A stretch of 64,000 bases of DNA, from positions 62,001 to 126,000 of the IMG/VR virus record IMGVR_UViG_3300044641_009805; one strand, 5' to 3'. The translations under genes and the position numbers were made by a program. A model generated the notes under the pieces. That model saw only the letters and a list, made by a program, of their open reading frames with translations. It ran no database searches and had not been told where the DNA came from. How positions within the stretch are numbered: the stretch's first letter is position 1; each line of letters opens with the position of its first letter. Below, piece by piece: positions 61,764-64,000 of this stretch.

Positions 61764-62588
61764 ATGAGTGAAGTAAACAAAGTTAATGAAGATATCGTAG
61801 CGTTAAAAATCGCTTTATTAGAATCTAAGGTTCTAAAAGAGATATCTGAGAAGCAGCAAGAAGAATTGGAAAATTTTGTTGAAAAATCACAAAAAGCAGT
61901 AGAGTTGTTTTTAGACGCAATTACTAGCGAGAACATAAGTTCTACTGCTATTAAGGGATTTTTAGAAAAAGCAGAAGAAAAACAACGAGAATATCTAGAA
62001 AAGATTCAATCTGGTTCTTTAAAACCTAAAGACGAACAAAAAGCAATAGAGAACATAAAAAAAATAAATGGAGCTTTTGCAGGATTTGCCGTGGCAATGA
62101 AAAATATTCCAAAAGCAGGAATAGCAATAAAAGACTTCAAGAAAATATTAAAAAAAGAATTAGAAGACAGTAGAAATGATAATAGAACTTCTAAAAAAAT
62201 GTCAGAGCTATTTCCAAATGATTATCAGAAATTTTCAGCAGCCTTAAGTTCTTCTTTTAAAACTAAGATTAGCGTTTATGATCCTGTAAAATTGGGAATT
62301 CCTTGGGATACAAATGCTGTAGTTTCTGAATTCGTGAACATGCCTGTAAAAGCTTTAAATAGATTTACTGGTAAAGTTCAAGACAGCGAACCGCCTCCAA
62401 CTCCTCCTGCACCGACACCACCAGGGTCTCCACCGACACCTGCCGCACCTGATGTGAAAATTAAAGATATTTTCAAAGGTGCAAATGAACAAGACATTAG
62501 AAAGTTTAATGAAAAGTTTAAAGAAAAATTTGGATTTGAACTTTCTGATAAAGATGACCTAGCTGCAATACTTGCTAGTATGACATAA
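61764..62588 (+). CDS. Hypothetical protein with Pro-rich linker
   Basis: LKIALLES N-terminus; ATAATTTAT directly upstream. Confidence 0.7.
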   Translation: MSEVNKVNEDIVALKIALLESKVLKEISEKQQEELENFVEKSQKAVELFLDAITSENISSTAIKGFLEKAEEKQREYLEKIQSGSLKPKDEQKAIENIKKINGAFAGFAVAMKNIPKAGIAIKDFKKILKKELEDSRNDNRTSKKMSELFPNDYQKFSAALSSSFKTKISVYDPVKLGIPWDTNAVVSEFVNMPVKALNRFTGKVQDSEPPPTPPAPTPPGSPPTPAAPDVKIKDIFKGANEQDIRKFNEKFKEKFGFELSDKDDLAAILASMT

Positions 62589-63768
62589 TGACAGAGTTAT
62601 GTATTACTGCACCTAATGAATTTAATTTTTCAAAAAACAATTTAGAATATAAGTTAGAAGAGACATAAGATCCGTAAAGCTTAGAATCATTTATCACTCC
62701 AAATTCTATCATAGATTTTATTGATCTAAGACAATAATCAACAGATTGTCTTTTTACGACAAAATCGCTGGTATCTGGAAGTCTAATAATGACATTATTT
62801 GCTGACAAAGATCTTATTCTATCTTCATAGATTTCTTCTACATTTTTTGATTCTTCTCTTTTAGATAATAGAAATTTAATATGAGAATTGACATCAGATT
62901 TTGATGATTGATTTTTTATGCAAATTGAATTAACGTAAATAGAGATTTCATCTACTTTTCTTGCATCATCTATAGAAATATTAGAAATCAGTTGGCCTAA
63001 ATTGCTAGAAAACAAAGATGCAGAACAAGCTATTGAGATATCATTAAGTTTGTTTATTCCTTCCAGATTAAACTCAACTACAATAGGATAAACTTCAATA
63101 GCTCCTCTAATTCTATTGACTTTCAGTGTATTTAAAACTTCGTCATGAAGTCCTCTAGCTATTAGAATTACAGGGTGTTTTGTTGAACTTGCTCCTTCAA
63201 GCAATAAATTAATCTCAGAAACAGATTCAACAAATCCATCAATAACGATGACTCTAGGATTTACTATTTTTATTGGTTTTTCTTCAAAAGTTTTTACTTT
63301 AAAGGTAAAACCATCAATAGCTTCAATTGAAGTAAAGTTATTGCTAGACTTTTCTACAGATATTCTGCCACCAAACCCAGCTAAAAGCACAGCGTCAAAT
63401 AATAAGTTGCTTAACGTGTTATCGTCTTTTGTTTGAGAAAAAATGATTTTTTTTAGATCATTCAAAGTAGCCTTGTTTGAAGATCTGGTTTTATCATCAA
63501 GATTAGAGTTTAATATCCTGTGTAACGTAAAGTCAAACCCACCAGGAGATATTTTTTCTGATAAAATACAATGTTCTATAATCAACCTATGAATAGCTAA
63601 TTTCAGTTGATTAGAATATTTTAAATTAAAAATTCCTTGAAATGAAGTTTTTAACAAAACTTGATCTTTTTCAAGGAATAATACTTTTTCTGTATTTAAA
63701 AAATTTCTTAAATCATCGCATACTTCTTTAAATGATTCAAGTATTTCTTTTTTTAGAAAAATTGTCAC
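62575..63768 (-). CDS. Divergent GroEL/Cpn60-like protein
   Basis: GRISVEKS, NPRVIVIDG.VESVSEINLLLE, PVILIARG..DEVLNTLKVNRIRG, EDRIRSL follow the GroEL intermediate/apical pattern; no GDGTT. Confidence 0.75.
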   Translation of the reverse strand: MTIFLKKEILESFKEVCDDLRNFLNTEKVLFLEKDQVLLKTSFQGIFNLKYSNQLKLAIHRLIIEHCILSEKISPGGFDFTLHRILNSNLDDKTRSSNKATLNDLKKIIFSQTKDDNTLSNLLFDAVLLAGFGGRISVEKSSNNFTSIEAIDGFTFKVKTFEEKPIKIVNPRVIVIDGFVESVSEINLLLEGASSTKHPVILIARGLHDEVLNTLKVNRIRGAIEVYPIVVEFNLEGINKLNDISIACSASLFSSNLGQLISNISIDDARKVDEISIYVNSICIKNQSSKSDVNSHIKFLLSKREESKNVEEIYEDRIRSLSANNVIIRLPDTSDFVVKRQSVDYCLRSIKSMIEFGVINDSKLYGSYVSSNLYSKLFFEKLNSLGAVIHNSVIMSY

Positions 63769-63799
63769 AAAATCATTGTAGCTTATTTTTGGCTAATGT

Positions 63800-64000
63800 T
63801 CAAATAATTTGAATATGCGAATTAATGTAAGCATGTATTATCTTACCAATAGCACCTAAAATTGCTGTACCTACTGCAATTGAAAGCCATCTAGTAAAAG
63901 CTGCTTGTTTTTGATACCAAGATTGTAATTCTTTAATTACTTCAGAATGTTGATTTATAATCTTTGCAAGATTTTCATCATTTAGTTCTTCTTTTTGAGC
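63800..64000 (-). CDS. 3' end of a coiled-coil plus C-terminal TM protein (partial)
   Basis: ...IKELQSWYQKQAAFTRWLSIAVGTAILGAIGKIIH...-stop at 63800-63802. Confidence 0.6.
   Translation of the reverse strand, partial: AQKEELNDENLAKIINQHSEVIKELQSWYQKQAAFTRWLSIAVGTAILGAIGKIIHAYINSHIQII

Noticed and set aside
1-64000. Stop-codon reassignment
   Set aside because: Core genes are full length in the standard code, and TAA, TAG and TGA all terminate genes at sensible positions

Overview
The window is a 64-kb segment of a large T4-like (jumbo/huge) tailed phage genome in the standard genetic code. (i) 1-14 kb is GC-rich and encodes about 45 small + strand genes. Most have their own copy of one promoter-like repeat, GTG(C/T)AAA-N17-TANNNT-N6-ATG (29 copies counted by eye), whose geometry implies leaderless mRNAs. 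This region also holds three 78-79 bp palindromic elements, tRNA-Arg, and a promoter-driven tRNA-like/structured RNA at 4264-4485. (ii) 14.4-14.6 kb is a non-coding GGCCCC-repeat tract where strand composition flips (candidate replication origin). (iii) 15.6-22.6 kb carries UvsE, a sigma70-family factor lacking its region-4.2 helix-turn-helix, an ATP-dependent DNA ligase, tRNA-Glu and a kinase-like protein. (iv) 22.6-64 kb is AT-rich and mostly - strand: HNH, major capsid, scaffold, prohead protease, portal, terminase, fused Mre11-Rad50, primase, RuvC, head-completion-like nuclease, large virion proteins, PhoH, a stand-alone sigma region-4 HTH, Hc1, DinG-like helicase, ClpP and a degenerate GroEL. 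Best candidates for new biology: the leaderless promoter-gene cassette array with its palindromic sites, the tRNA-mimic RNA, a split sigma factor and a shared MKLT..LR.II.EE capsid-targeting-like peptide. All calls are by-eye motif recognition; no searches were run.
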